A stretch of 55,751 bases of DNA, counting the filler, from Sluysia triapertura (taxonomy: Eukaryota): the NCBI GenBank assembly GCA_046118255.1. It is 4 parts of 4 records of this genome, joined end to end, with 100 filler letters (N's around TTAATTAATTAA, not from the genome) between each part and the next. Parts side by side here need not be neighbours in the genome. Positions count along the whole stretch, not along the records: positions 27,564 to 43,705 come from JBJNIA010209813.1; 3 more parts are not named here. One strand, 5' to 3'. The position numbers and the translations under genes were made by a program. Each line of letters starts with the position of its first letter. Within the stretch, counting starts at the first letter, position 1. The notes below the pieces were generated by a model, which was given only the letters and a program-made list of their open reading frames with translations, had not been told where the DNA came from and ran no database searches. Positions 27,564-41,141 of this stretch are shown one piece after another.

Positions 27564-27637
27564 GGTAGAGCAGTCGGACTGCGCAGACGATGGTCCCGGG
27601 TTCGATCCCCGGTCAGTCCATTTTACGAAGTCTAACA
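27564..27637 (+). mobile_element. tRNA-containing element, copy 2 (5' part lost in the gap)
   Basis: GGTAGAGCA...ACTGCGCA...GGGTTCGATCCCCGGTCAGTCCATTTTACGAAGTCTAACA; same 3' end as the other copies. Confidence 0.8.
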
Positions 27638-28861
27638 TATAGAATGTAGATAATATTCTTAATTAACTTCGCATAAAATAAAGTTAAATTATTAATATCT
27701 TGTTTTTCTTTTTCCTTAATTATGTTTCTCCAGTAACCTTGACTGTCTCACCTCAACTTAAATTTCGTATCTGCAAAGCTTATCATTTTGTGTATTTTTT
27801 CTACACTGAAAACTTATCATTACCGCATTGGAATATAATATATGCAACTATATTTTAAAGTCTTTCTCTATTTATATCAAAGTTAATTTGTTTGTGTGTA
27901 GACACACTTGCTTCAAAAATGTAAAACCAGCTAGCAGAAAATGTCAAATTACTGAAAGATTATGAATATTTAAGAAAAAGACAAAGTTCTTTCTGCAAAA
28001 TATTATAATGAATGATTTATTTTAAGATTTTTTGAATATTTATCTTCTAGTAGATATTAGCGCAATATAAATTAATATATAATAATAATAATAATGATAA
28101 TAATAATAATTATTATTAAAATACATAAAACTCCATCTCACAAATATGTATATCAATCTTTTTTCGTGATTATTAAATATATAACTTTATTGGACTGCAT
28201 AACCGTTGGATAATAATAAGCAAACACAGTAAAGCGTTACTGAAGTAAAAAGTAATGAAGATGAAAACATTCAGTTATGCAAAAAATTAGAGATTCCAGA
28301 CAATTGTAATATTTTGAGTTCCTTGAAAGGGCATTTTTTCTGATGTACCTTTGAACTTTAAGATCATTTAAGAATATCTGAAAATTTGATAAGCGTCCAA
28401 GATCATTGGATAAACTTATAAAATAATCAAAAAAAATGCTTGTGAAATAATAATTAGCTTAGACAGGTAGAAAAAGGAATCGACTAGTGAATGTGAAAAC
28501 ACCTAGAAACTTCTTAATCTTTTTGAAGCACTAAAGAACGTTAGAGTCTTTATAAAACCTTAAAGCGCAAAATAGAATAAATTCTAAAAATAGATTAATT
28601 AACTAAAATCGTATTAAGTTAATTAAGAAAAAAATATGTTTGAATAAGGAACGATATGATAAAATCGTGATTATCTATGCAAGAAAACCATTCATATTGA
28701 GCTAAGTCAAAATTTTAATTAATTATGAAAAGCGAAATATTAAATTATACACATTAAACATGAATATTAATCGAATAAGTGACGATTGAAATGAATGAGA
28801 CATTTATAAATGAACTTAAGATGTTTTTGAAATGATTTGTTACATATTATGACTTATGATA

Positions 28862-29052
28862 TGTAGTGGGTGTACCTGTAACTATAAGTAAACCATTTTA
28901 ACATAATCTATATTATAACTCACTTAGATTAATTTGTAATTTGCTTTATCTTAAATCAAGGGTCTAATTTTACGTTTACGTAAATGCTTTAACAATTTAT
29001 GTCGAAATTCTTTAGTAATTTATGTGAATAGTTCACAATGAACACCACTACA
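28862..29052. mobile_element. 191-bp element bounded by TGTAGTGG...CCACTACA (solo LTR or MITE)
   Basis: Perfect 8-bp inverted termini, extendable to TGTAGTGG(G)TGT. No clean target duplication. Confidence 0.45.
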
Positions 29053-30163
29053 ATTAATTTTTATTGATGAAGCAAATAATTTGACAAACTACGTTGTAAG
29101 AATTTTGAAAATTTTAAAATAGCGCAAGAAAATGTTAAAGTTTGTTTGGCTTTAAATTTTTTATCTCAATGAATTTCACCTTCATTAAATCATGGAGAAT
29201 AAAAACGTTTACAGAAATTTAAGCTTGATTTAATTTTCTTAATAAAGCAACCTTGTACAATAAAAACTTATCAATTTTTTCTAATTTTTCGAAGTGGCGA
29301 CTTCTTGAATATAATCAATGATTGAAAAACATATTTGAAATTGAAATCGTGTGTATTTAAATTGTAAATTTTGACTGCAAATTGTGCTACTTATAGAGTA
29401 ATTAGCGACCAATCATTTCCAGTGATTTATATTTTTTGAAAATTAAATTCTTTAAAAGTTGATATTTTCATTAAACATTTATTTAACGAAAAATTAAAAC
29501 TATTTTGTTTAATTTAACAAAACTTTTCTAAATAATGTGAAATCATTTTCAGTTTCGCCTAAATCAAATTCTATTAGTGTTCAAACTATTTGAAACATAT
29601 TAGTCAAACAAATCATTCAAGTCACAAAAAGCAAATTTTCGAGAAAAATGAAAATGATTCATTTAATAAAGAATTTTTTTACTTATATCTTAGGCACATC
29701 AAAATCTGTGATTGTTGTAAATATCGAGATACTGTTGTACATAAATTAAAGAGAATTTTAGCTATTTCTCTACATATTTTTCCGTCACAATATCATAAGT
29801 TAATATAGTCATCATTCCAAGAACGTCACTCTCCGGGTCAGTAAAATAAAAATAATAGATTAATATTTATTTATTCATATAGCAATACAAAATTATCAAG
29901 ACATTAACATATTGTATCAGGAAAATTTCAAAAAAGTGTGATTTATGAAAATAAGATGATTTCCAGCAAATCTTGCGCCTTAACATTATTTACAATCAGC
30001 CAATTAAGATCGTAAAAATAAGACAATTGAATATTGAACAATTAACACGTTTAATAATCACAAATAAAAGATGTCCACAAATTTTACCAAAATCAAAACA
30101 AATATTAAAACTGCTTCGTTAATATATTTAAACCATTTATTAATGTATATTAAACTTAAAAAT

Positions 30164-30187
30164 ACACACACACACACACACACACAC
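30164..30187. repeat. (CA)n microsatellite, downstream of the macoilin stop
   Basis: Direct observation. Confidence 0.9.
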
Positions 30188-30867
30188 TGTCTTCTTCTAT
30201 AACTTGCAATAACTTTTCACTATACATAATATACACAAACTTAGAAAATTTAAAATATATTAATCATACACTAATTTTTGATAATTACCACGCCTATTAT
30301 TTAGTTGCTTCGTTTAAACATCACTCCACTATTATCCCATCAACCACCACTTTGTATGAAAAAGAAATATTTACTTACCTTAAGTTGAAGGCTTTACGTA
30401 CTTTTAACGAATAATTTGTCACAGAAAAACTGTTGCTAATTTTATTAAATATAATGGTATAGCACAAAAAAATAAAACTCAAAATTACTTCACAAAATAC
30501 TTTCGTTTCATTACATATATATATTCGAGAAGATAAATATTACGAAATTACTGAAAATAATATAACTTCTATTTTAAACAGAAAATAAATGAAAAAATGT
30601 GACACAATTGTCTTTATTATGAAATTAAATGATGAAAGAAATTTAATTTGTAAGTTTTAGTTTAATTAATTTGAAATCCAAAACACTGTTTACGGAAAAC
30701 GTGTTCACCCATGTTCCATGGAACCTTTAATGAATGTAGTATACAAAGACCACAATTTTGTATTAGCTTAATAAATATCTGAAATACATTTACATTTAAC
30801 TTGTAATATTCTAGCTTTTGGAATAAAACTTTACAATGAAATTATTATTAATTTAAGGTTTTAAATC

Positions 30868-31469
30868 CTAATTATTGTTGTTGTCTTTTACGACACCAGT
30901 GCCAATGCTACTAAAATTACTATTGCTGTAGAGACCGTGATTACCAATATCAGCACTGATATGGTTATTATGACAATTATTTGTCTTCATGTTACCATGA
31001 TTACCACTGTTATGATTTGTTATAATCACATTGGTACTAGTAGTAGGGTTATTACAACTAGTACTATTGATAGAGATATCATTGAAAAATATATTGTTGT
31101 TTGACGTTGGTATAGCCACTGCAGTCATTAGATACTGTTGCGATCGTTGTGTAATATGATGAGTGAGGCGAGTCGGATAATGTGACGGTTGTTGTTGGGA
31201 TTGGTCCATATACGAATTGTATACATGTGGAGGAGATGTTGGCGTACGTCTGTGAAGATATGACATCGAATTAGTGTTGTTGGTAACAGAGGGCATGCCA
31301 CTACTAGTGATACCGCCATTGTTATTATTATGATGATGTTGCACTACTTGAGTCACCGGATATGAATGCTGCTGTTGCTGTTGTTGTTGCAAATGATATT
31401 CGGAAGCACTTACTCCAGCTCCATTAAGATTTAATTGAAGAATTTGATAATCTTTCTGGGTTAATTGTT
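30868..31469 (-). CDS. MACO1: Macoilin terminal exon with a long Q/N/H/T-rich tail
   Basis: AG acceptor 31471-31470. The phase-1 join gives NE|QLTQKDYQI, matching macoilin GQILQKDQEI. Stop at 30868. Confidence 0.75.
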
Positions 31470-31559
31470 CTATCAAATTACAAAAATGATTTTAATAGAT
31501 GACTGTGTAAAGTGCATGAAATCAAAAAATATAATACCTTTTTTAATAATCAATCAGTA

Positions 31560-32150
31560 TAATTTCTGTAAGCATAGCAACAGAACAATAAATATCTAGA
31601 TGATTGATCTTATTTCTAATGTACATTATGGTAACGAATACAAGTTATTCATCAATGGACACATCAATACACATGTTAGCTCCTGGAGTGAATAATGTCA
31701 ATCAGTCAAAAATTAGTTCCATTATTTAACATATTCGTAAGAATCGAGTCGATCCTATTTCCGGCTACTGAAGTTAGTGGTTGCTAATTCAAAACTTGTT
31801 CTAATAATCATAGAAGAGTAATAGCCAAGAAAGATAAGAGATTTTTCGCAGATAACCTATCTAGCATATCAATAAAAAACTTGTTGCATCAATCCAATCT
31901 TCACAGTCTATGTTACGAACCACACCATTTGAAAAGTAATCTTGACGGGCTCATTGATTGGATTGAAATTTTTATTATTCTATTTTATATTTCATAAACA
32001 ATCACAAAAGAAGCCCTCTCAACTTTCTGGAACCGTTATTGTAATTTTCAATAGCTGATATTTGTTTCATCATTAATAAGCTAATTACAATAAACGCAAT
32101 ATGATTAACCCATTCAATATCAATGATCTCATTTGAAACACCGATAAAGT
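31560..32150 (-). mobile_element. Decayed piggyBac transposase fragment inside the macoilin intron
   Basis: Minus-strand LINDETN, SR.NRIDSILTNM and FTPGANMCIDVS resemble piggyBac IVEETN, MSRNRFEQIL and YTPGENLTVDE, in order. Confidence 0.55.
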
Positions 32151-32870
32151 TGCCTTTTTATATTTTTCAAATTATTTTTGTGTCGTCTTTCTTATAAACT
32201 AATAAAACGTTGATACTTAATGTTACCAAAATAAACATCACAAAAGAGCAGCAAAAATACAAAATTAAAAACTGAATACGAACTAGTTCTTAAATTAAGC
32301 AGTTATTATTTTAATAATTAATTTAATGACAATTAATTATTTTTAAATACTTAAACACAAGTACAACATTTAAAGAACATTTTCTCCATAAATTTTACTT
32401 CTACGATGACTGTCTTAAAAGTATAAAGTAATTTAACAAAAATACAATAAATGAATGTGTGGATATATTCAGATGAATCACAGTAAAATAATTATAATTT
32501 AGAAAATAATTTATTACTATCAACAATAAGTAACTTCAAATTGTCTAAATTTTATCAAAAAACTAAAAAATAAAATGTTTTTAAACGTTTTAAGCCAACC
32601 AATGATTTTATTAGAGTGATGATGGTAGGCAGGTTCCAGTTAATTTTTAGAAAAAAACACAATTATAATGAATGTGTAACAATGATATTTATAAGAATTA
32701 CTTAGTGAATATGCTCTGTTCAAGTTACATAACACGAGAAGAAACAAGTCTTTAAGTAAATAATAAATTAAATATATTAAATTATTAAGAGTTATTAAAA
32801 GTTATTTATAAAATATAAAAATACTTAAAATACGGAAATTATCGAAAAATAACAATGACAGCAATAATTC

Positions 32871-32937
<67 letters not shown>

Positions 32938-33236
32938 CATTAAGTGCATTAACTTCTTTTAAAGAACTATGATAAGCCGAAATCAGGTTTTGTTTAATTT
33001 TGTTTTCATCGCTCAGAGTTCTGACCAGATGTTCTTTTTCTTCATTTAATTTTGTCATTATGTCTTGCATTTGTTTAGTTTCCTCGGCCTTTTTGCGTAA
33101 TTTTGGTATTTCCTGCAATTCTAATTCCAATTGTTTAATTTGATCTTCACGAGATTGTTTTTCTTTTTTCAAAGATTTTAATTCACCCTCCAATTGTCGA
33201 CGTTTGAATTTGCAAGATTCTGTACATTCAACAGAT
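32938..33236 (-). CDS. MACO1: Macoilin coiled-coil exon
   Basis: ECTESCKFKRRQLEGELK..REDQIKQLELELQE..HLVRTLSDENKIKQNLISA matches the macoilin ECTE..KEDQIRELE..HLENSLSAETRIKLDLFSA pattern; AG/GT boundaries. Confidence 0.85.
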
Positions 33237-33259
33237 CTAAAATAATGAATAATAGAGAT

Positions 33260-33315
<56 letters not shown>

Positions 33316-36300
33316 TCAAAGTTTTTTTTGGAAAAAGTTGAAAATGAAGAAATAAACAAATGATTAAATTTTAATATTGAAACCGGAATTATAAATTTAT
33401 TATTATATACATTTTATCTACTTTTAAATAATAGTAAATAAAATAAGTTAATTAATATTATTGAAAAGTAAGTAAAATTACGTTATATCTTTTTTGTAAC
33501 ATCTCTCAATATTATTCAACTTAAAAATTATTTATTATTATTACTTAAGCATTATTTCAACAAATAACACATAGTTTCATAAATATAAAATTAAACTATT
33601 ATACAAAATAGAATAAATACAAAAATTATTAAAAAACTAAATCAGGAAACAAAAATATCAAAATTTTGTACATAAAAATAAATAAAGAAAAACAAAGAAA
33701 TAAACAATTGTTAAGTAGACACCATTTTAAAAATATATTATTCAAAAAAAATAATTAATTCTATTTGGATGATGTTTTACTCATGGGATCAGTTCATACT
33801 CAACAGATAATTTAGAGGTAATTCCACAGGCAATAATTATTAATAAAGCGAATAAAATAATAGATGGATTAATATATTATATAACTAAGTTATTTTGTTT
33901 TGAATAAGCCGATTTGACAATTAAAACTAAAATAAAGAAATTTGTACTTTTTCGAAAATGAACTCTTACGAACAGTTACAAAATTTCCCAATTTCGATAA
34001 TGTAGTCTTTGTTTGTCCTTAATATTTTTATAAAGTATTGTTTTAAATGCACGTTTAAACAGTATTTTGTTCAATCTGAACAATGCAATTTTCAAAACAA
34101 TAAATAGATTATTTTTTTTAATTAAAAATCTGTATTTGACTTAGAAAAATCACTTTTAATCGGAGTAGATAATTTTTTGGAAATTCTCTTGAAAAAAGCA
34201 TCAAGCAAAATACTAAAGAATTGTTAAGTTCTTTGTGTACATCATTTTCAGATAATTGTATTTTAAATAGAAATGTCATTCAGCAATTTATGCTCATCGG
34301 TAATCATATGGAACAAGGTTTAAATGAAGATATCACATATTTATTGAATAATACCGATGTTTTGAAATCAAAGAATGAATACGAATGAACAGAGTATTAG
34401 AAGAACTAAATAATTAATGATTAATGATGTCAAAACTAACAATAGCTATACAATTCTGCGTAGTGTGAGAAAATTAGATTTAACTTTTATTTCATTATTT
34501 GAAAACGAATGATTGATTCTTTTCGATGTAAACAATGTTATACCATTTGTATCGGTTACTTAATAATCATTTATATGATTTTAACTAAAGAAAGAAATTG
34601 GCCACATAATGGAATTTAACTATAGAAAAATTATTAGAATATTGGCCATAGAATATTATTATGTATATTTTTCCCGTTGATGTATATACAAAAAACAAGA
34701 AAGATTTGTTTCTACTGCTAGAAATTATTGTGGTACTATGCAATATTTATATTTGACACTTTAAATATTCGATACTTTACACAATTCTTCAAATGAATCG
34801 ATAACTTTTTTGTTCACATATAAAAAGTAGTAAATAACTTTTGGACATTAAGATTCAAACTCTTTCGGTATAACAATGTCTAATTTAATTAAGTATTTAT
34901 ATAAGAATATTTAATAACTTTATTAACGATTTTCATGTTTAATTACTTTTGACTCGTCTCTGATTTTCTAAATTCAATATGAATTTGAATCTAATATTTT
35001 CCTAAAAATCTAAAACATTTATTTATTATAACAATAGATAATGCTTAAACAATGATTTGTGATGCATATTTTTATTTTGTACAATTTGTTATTTATATCC
35101 GCCTTGTTTGTTTGTGTCTGTTAGTATTCATTTTTTTAGTGAATTCATTTTTTTATTGAGTGTAATGCATTCCAACCCTCTTCCTTCGCATTTGTCTATC
35201 AGTTACTAGTTTCTGCTTTATAATTAGTAGTGCTTTTGATTACTTTTTTGGTGTTTGTAAAGCCATTTTCTAAGTTCTTTTTAACTGCTGTCTGAGTTAC
35301 AATAGAATTTCGGCCTGTTATAATATTTAAGATTTATTTTAAGTTGTTTTTTACAATATTTACAATGGGTTCTTTCAGTTATATTGAATTAATTTTAAAT
35401 TTAACAAATGTACTTCTTATAATTAAGTTAATAAGTCTTCTCAATCTAGTAATTTCAAATTGCAGAAATAAAATATTAACCATTTAGCTGCTGTTAGATC
35501 TCTGAAATTCAAAGTTTCGCAGTCGATTTCAGGAGAAATATAGTCAATAACTTCATTATCAAAGATACACATGTTTACACTATGTTACTGCTTCAACAAA
35601 TGTATTTTTAAATGTAGGGACAATATTTTATAATATTTTCACCATATTCTATGTTTGTTTTTACCATTTTAGTAGAAAAAATCGGCATGCTTTTGAACCA
35701 TCCTTACAAATTATTTTCTCCGATCCTTATATAGATCGAAATATTGATGTATACTATTTTGCAATCAAAATAACAAATTTGAATCCCAAAGTTCCACTTT
35801 TATCTAAAACTCTAATATTACAGTGTTAAACATCTTAGTTGTTAATCCTTAACTATTTTTATTGAATCAACAAACAATGTCAAGTCACAAAACCATATTG
35901 AAAAGTCTGTGTTTTGAAGAAAATGGTCCAGATCATTCAAAGTACATGTCAAATTGAATAGTATGAAGAACTGGAAAGATTAATACATTATATTGGTCAT
36001 TTTAAATCTTGTGGTTTAAATACTACTAAATTAACTGTTTCAGTGCGGGAGAATTTTCTTATGCATATGCTAAAAGTCCGGGATGAAATACGTATTATTT
36101 TTTGGGGGGGAACAATGAAAATGGTCATAATTAACACTAATCGTTATGTAACAAGTAATTTTGATCAAAAAATATTTTACTTTCACTTATTACAAAAATG
36201 TTTTGCTGCACAAATAAATGAGTAAAGTATACTAACCAACAGCAGCATCTTCGCATTATCGATACAAAACAAAAGCGCTATCGCGCTGCACCGGACTCAA

Positions 36301-36434
36301 ACGATTAATGATACTATTTCTATTAACAATAGCTGATACAAGGACAATTTTGATGGAAAGTTTTCACAATTTATGGTTTCGATCAGATTTAGAAAGTTAG
36401 AGATCGAGACAGCATTAATTAATATTTTCTAATA

Positions 36435-36810
36435 TACAGGGTAACCAGACAGTCAAGACGACACAATTTATAAAAATCCTATTTATTATTACATAGTAAA
36501 ATTATGTACACAATCTAACGCAGTAAATGCTCAAAATGTTGGAGGCCTTCTTCAATGCATTTTGCAGTCCTTCGAACGACAGAATATCAAACACTTCGGC
36601 ATAAGTCTTCACTAATTTCTATGCAAGAATTCATTTTTATTGTCACGAGTTTATTTTCCGTTTCGAATTCTTTAACACACCCCAAAGAAAGAAATCAGGA
36701 GAAGTATTCATATTCTTAGTGAGTTTACATCAACAAATCAACGGACTGTTCGATGTAAACGCATTTCAGTACACTTAGATCACGAATATCATGACTGCCC
36801 GGTTACTTTA
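36435..36810 (-). mobile_element. Tc1/mariner-superfamily 3' remnant with TA-CAGGGT terminus
   Basis: Minus-strand SPDFFLWGVLKN and VVRRTAKCIEEGLQHFEHLL; TACAGGGT at 36435. Confidence 0.75.
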
Positions 36811-37509
36811 AGGTTTTGAAAAATAATAACATTATTCATTTTTCATCCAGGTTTTCCAAAATATTTAATAGTATGATATAAAAAATAATTCTAATATATT
36901 GCTATATTTATGTTTCTTGAAGATAAAGACAATAATAATCGATTCAAAATCTACTTCCACCATTTCGCTGAATTACTAAAAAATGATGTTAATCGAATAT
37001 TAATGTTATTACAATTTACACATTTGAAAAGATATATTTTGAAATTGGTTTAGAAATTTAAAGTTACAACATAATAGAATCATTAAAATTAGTGTAATGT
37101 GCTGATTTTAACTAATATTCAATTTTATTGTAATGAAAAATGTATCACAAAAAATTATAATTACATTACTTTTAAGTACAATCGAATAATAATAATAATA
37201 TTAATAATAATAATAAAATAATTTTTAAAAACAAAATTGAAGTGAATTTATATTACATAAACCATTCACACAAAAATTATCCTTTGTATCGCACTAATTA
37301 TCTAATTATTTAGATCGAATTTTTTCCCACTACTAAGTATTTATTAATTTATTACTAAGTTACGAATTTAATATAAAATTAAAGTATTTGCTACAGATTT
37401 TAAAAAGAAATTTAAATATATATATAAGCATTTTCATTATTTCACATTATATCTTGCTAATTATGTATTGTTTAATTTATACAAAATCACATGTTAAAAT
37501 TCTTATTAA

Positions 37510-37580
37510 CACATTATGAGTGGGTATTTAGAATAACAGTTCATAAAACGGGTAATAATACCCGCCCCGCTCATAGTGTG
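37510..37580. mobile_element. 71-bp piggyBac-type mini element
   Basis: TTAA at 37506-37509 and 37581-37584; 15-bp TIR CACATTATGAGTGGG / CCCGCTCATAGTGTG (13/15). Confidence 0.8.
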
Positions 37581-39412
37581 TTAACAAATTACATCAACTA
37601 ATTCTCAAAATATTATCCGATATTCACAATAGTTCAAAAACAAACTCATTCAAAATAATCCATTTAATACTTCGAACTCCTTATTACAGTCTTGCCCTAC
37701 GGTTACTGCTTACTAAATAGAACCAGAAAAAATTATAAAAATATAATTTGTATGCTTCAGTTTTTTCTTTATTTACAGCTATTTATTAAGATAGTTTAAG
37801 AAACTTATGTCTTTTGGTAATAAAAGAATTAGTTGGTTGTATTGTATTAGTTTTAACATGACCATTTAACTTATAAAAATATTTTAGTTGTCATCTACTT
37901 TTTTTGCGATTTTGTGAGGCAGGAAGTTAGGCTCCAATTTCTTCAAACTATTTTTTTTACTTTCAGTTAGAACTGGTGGAATAATAGCAACACTATCATT
38001 TTTCTCTAATACTTTAAGACTGCTAATATGTCTATAAAAAGGTGATGCTGCATTTATGTATATAACAGAAAACGTGTGCAGTTTTAGGAATTTTTGTTTC
38101 TAATAAATATTACATTCATTAATCGTAGTTCTGCACATAAGGTGGGTGGAAAAGGCGATAAAGATGAATGAATTAAAAATAAAGACAATTCGAACAAATG
38201 GTAAAGCATATGATTTACTAAGATGTATTAGCTAAACATAAAATTTAATAAGGATATAGATATTAATGAGATACTTAAAAATAAATTAGAATACATTGTT
38301 TTATAAAAATTTAATTTTTTTCAGCTAAAAAATACAAAAAAATGGATATGGGAGAACAAACAAGTATTCGAATGATTTGACGATCTTATGCATAAATGAT
38401 AAAATGAGTTTGATGTCTAATAATTAAAATTCATGAACATGGACATCAAGATTAGCCACAAGTGAAGAAAAAGGAATAGCATCAGGATATAATTTCGGAG
38501 AATAATATTTAATATTAAAATTAATTTATGTTAAATTTTAATTTTGCATTATAATTAATAATTTGCACAATATTATTACTAGGAGTAGTCTTATTTAACT
38601 TATAGTTAACCTTATGATTACAACTTATAACTAGCTTAGAAGTGGTATTTTTAATTGGTACTTTTAGGTCGTGCGCTTGTCTAAAATTCATATGTATTAT
38701 ATACTTCAATCTTACGCAATATCCATATTTGAACAAACACGAGCCCATTATTTGGTAAGTTGTACAATTGATTATTTGAGTTCCGGGCTATAAACCCATA
38801 TGAATGCCACCACATAAGTCAAATAACAATTATAGTATTATTTATTAGAGGATTTTCTACATGAACAATATCTCCGGTAAATGGATAAATTATCAGTAGA
38901 AATTCAATAGCCGTAGAGAATTCGTAGAAAAAAGATTTTGTAATAAATGGTGATTCTGTACTTAGACAACTTTTGAGTCATGCTTTAGTTCATATTCGAA
39001 TTACCTTGTCAAATTAATTTAAAGTAACTGATAATCGAAAAGATTATTGTAAATGCTATCCAATAAAGATATATTTACTAATGTATGATTCATTGCGACA
39101 GCAATTTGTTATACAATATTGCACTGTCAGATTAGCTTTATGTTTTCGTACAATTGACTAGCTCGATATATTTTTAATAATCACAAAATAGATACAGATT
39201 ATTACTTATTCTTTAAAGATAATATACTCTTAATAATCATAGTTGTAAATCAATGTCTTTACACAATACAAATATAATATTTAAAATTTATTGGTGACAA
39301 AACACGTCATACGTTAATACCTATATTTAACAAAATAAATATAACAAAAAGCATTGCTTAACTAACCACAACAATAATAATAAATATAGAATTAAATATA
39401 GCGTTATGAAAG

Positions 39413-40001
39413 TCTATATACCCATTTGTGTATCCGTGTACCCATGTCTATGTGCCCATCGAAATAATTTTTTTAATATATAAAAGTTGACAATAGTATT
39501 AGAAATATGAAAGAATTTATTTAATATTAAATAAAACTTTCTCTTTTTCTTCTTCTTTGTAGCCATGTTCTCAAGTTTCTGTAGAATTCCTCACACAGTT
39601 TTGAATAATTATTATTTAGTGATAAAATGTGATTTAAAGACTCTTCAATTGTAAGATCCGGATCGACGATATTTATTGAATTATATTGCCTTAATTATTG
39701 AAAATTATTCTTCAGTGGGATTCGATTCGGGTGAATAAGGAATCAAGAATTTAAAAACAATGTTGTTTTTACGCAATATGGTTAAAACCTCATTTGATTT
39801 ATGATTATTATTATGAAATAATAATTATTCAATACAGTATGAAGGATTCTATAAAAATATGAGAAAACGGCTAGAGAAGAAGAAAAGAAAATTTTATTTA
39901 ATATTAAATATATTCTTTCACATTTCTAAAACTATTGTCAACTTTTATGTATTAAAAAATTATTTCGATGGATATATAGAGTTTCACACATGGTATATAG
40001 A
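39413..40001 (-). mobile_element. IS630/Tc1-derived deleted element with ~200-bp inverted arms
   Basis: Arms 39413-39617 and 39816-40001 are diverged reverse complements. The centre encodes (minus) HKSNEVL..FKFLIPYSPESNPTEE*FSIIKA, the DDE_3-type PYSPELNPIE motif. Confidence 0.85.
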
Positions 40002-41141
40002 TTTGCATGACCCTGTAATTTAATGGAGATCAAGCTTCAATCACAAAAATTTTGAATCAGCTTTCTTTACTTGTTTTTGATTATATATTTCTTCTGAATA
40101 TTTATCAAAAATGCGATCGTTTGTAGTTAGATAATAGCTTAGGAGATTAAAATTTTGAAGTAGAAGTAATTATTTTATGTTATTGCTTTTTCTTGTAGTT
40201 ATAAGCCGACCAACTTTTATAATTAAATTTCGACTATAATTTTCATCGACTTCCAATTTATCATCTCCCAGCAATTACCCAAAGATAATGGGATTTGCGA
40301 CAAACAATTACTTTATCTTAATAGCATGACAAAATCAAATTTTAATATGAATATCATATTAATATTTACTGTTTATATAATATATCAAATTAAATATAAA
40401 ATCAATTTTTATAATTTTTAATACAATAGGTCGTTACATTATGTTACACGTATGTTTCAATAACCTGTTTTATTTGGTACCTTATTTCAGGGCTCAGACC
40501 TGAGGGAGGTACTTAGAGGGTCAACGAATGAATACATGAGCTCCGCCGAAATTTTATGCATGGTTAGAGTATTCATATATTCGTTTCCTAATCCATGAAT
40601 TTGGTTTCTATTTTATATATACACTTTGAACATGCATACTGTTCGTTACAAATATAATTGTTACAAATATAATTTAGATTAAATTTAAATTTTAAGTTAT
40701 AATTTTTATTAAATTTAAATATTATACTATTCGACTTTAGGACAAAATGTTGGTTTAACTTTTCAAAATTACCATACGTTATTAATTTTGGTTTAATAAA
40801 AATATCTTGAAAAATAAAAAAAATTTATGCATCATAAATTTATATTTAAACAATTGGATCCTGCGTATGCCCTTTAACAGTCTCAGTTCACTATCTAAAA
40901 AAATATAAAAATTCAAAATATTGTGAATATAAATAAATAATTCATTTACTTTTTGATTATCAGTGGCTACGTTACTGCTGCTTAAATTAGTAGTAAATGT
41001 TCTAAGACTTCTGAGTAAACTCTCTATCCTAGATGAGTGGTGATCGTGATTCGTTTCATTTTTTATGTTGAAATCTAATTCGTAGGCAGAATGTGCGCAG
41101 CAGCATTAGATTCCGTTCATTAGATAATGGACAAAGTACAA

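Noticed and set aside
33950-36230. Decayed coding-like tracts (also 21420-22100, 38000-39200, 46200-46800, 54850-55300)
   Set aside because: Probably TE relics, but no motif I can assign with confidence.
40488-40873. Possible hAT-type MITE (CAGGGC...GCCCT)
   Set aside because: Termini too degenerate and no clear 8-bp TSD.
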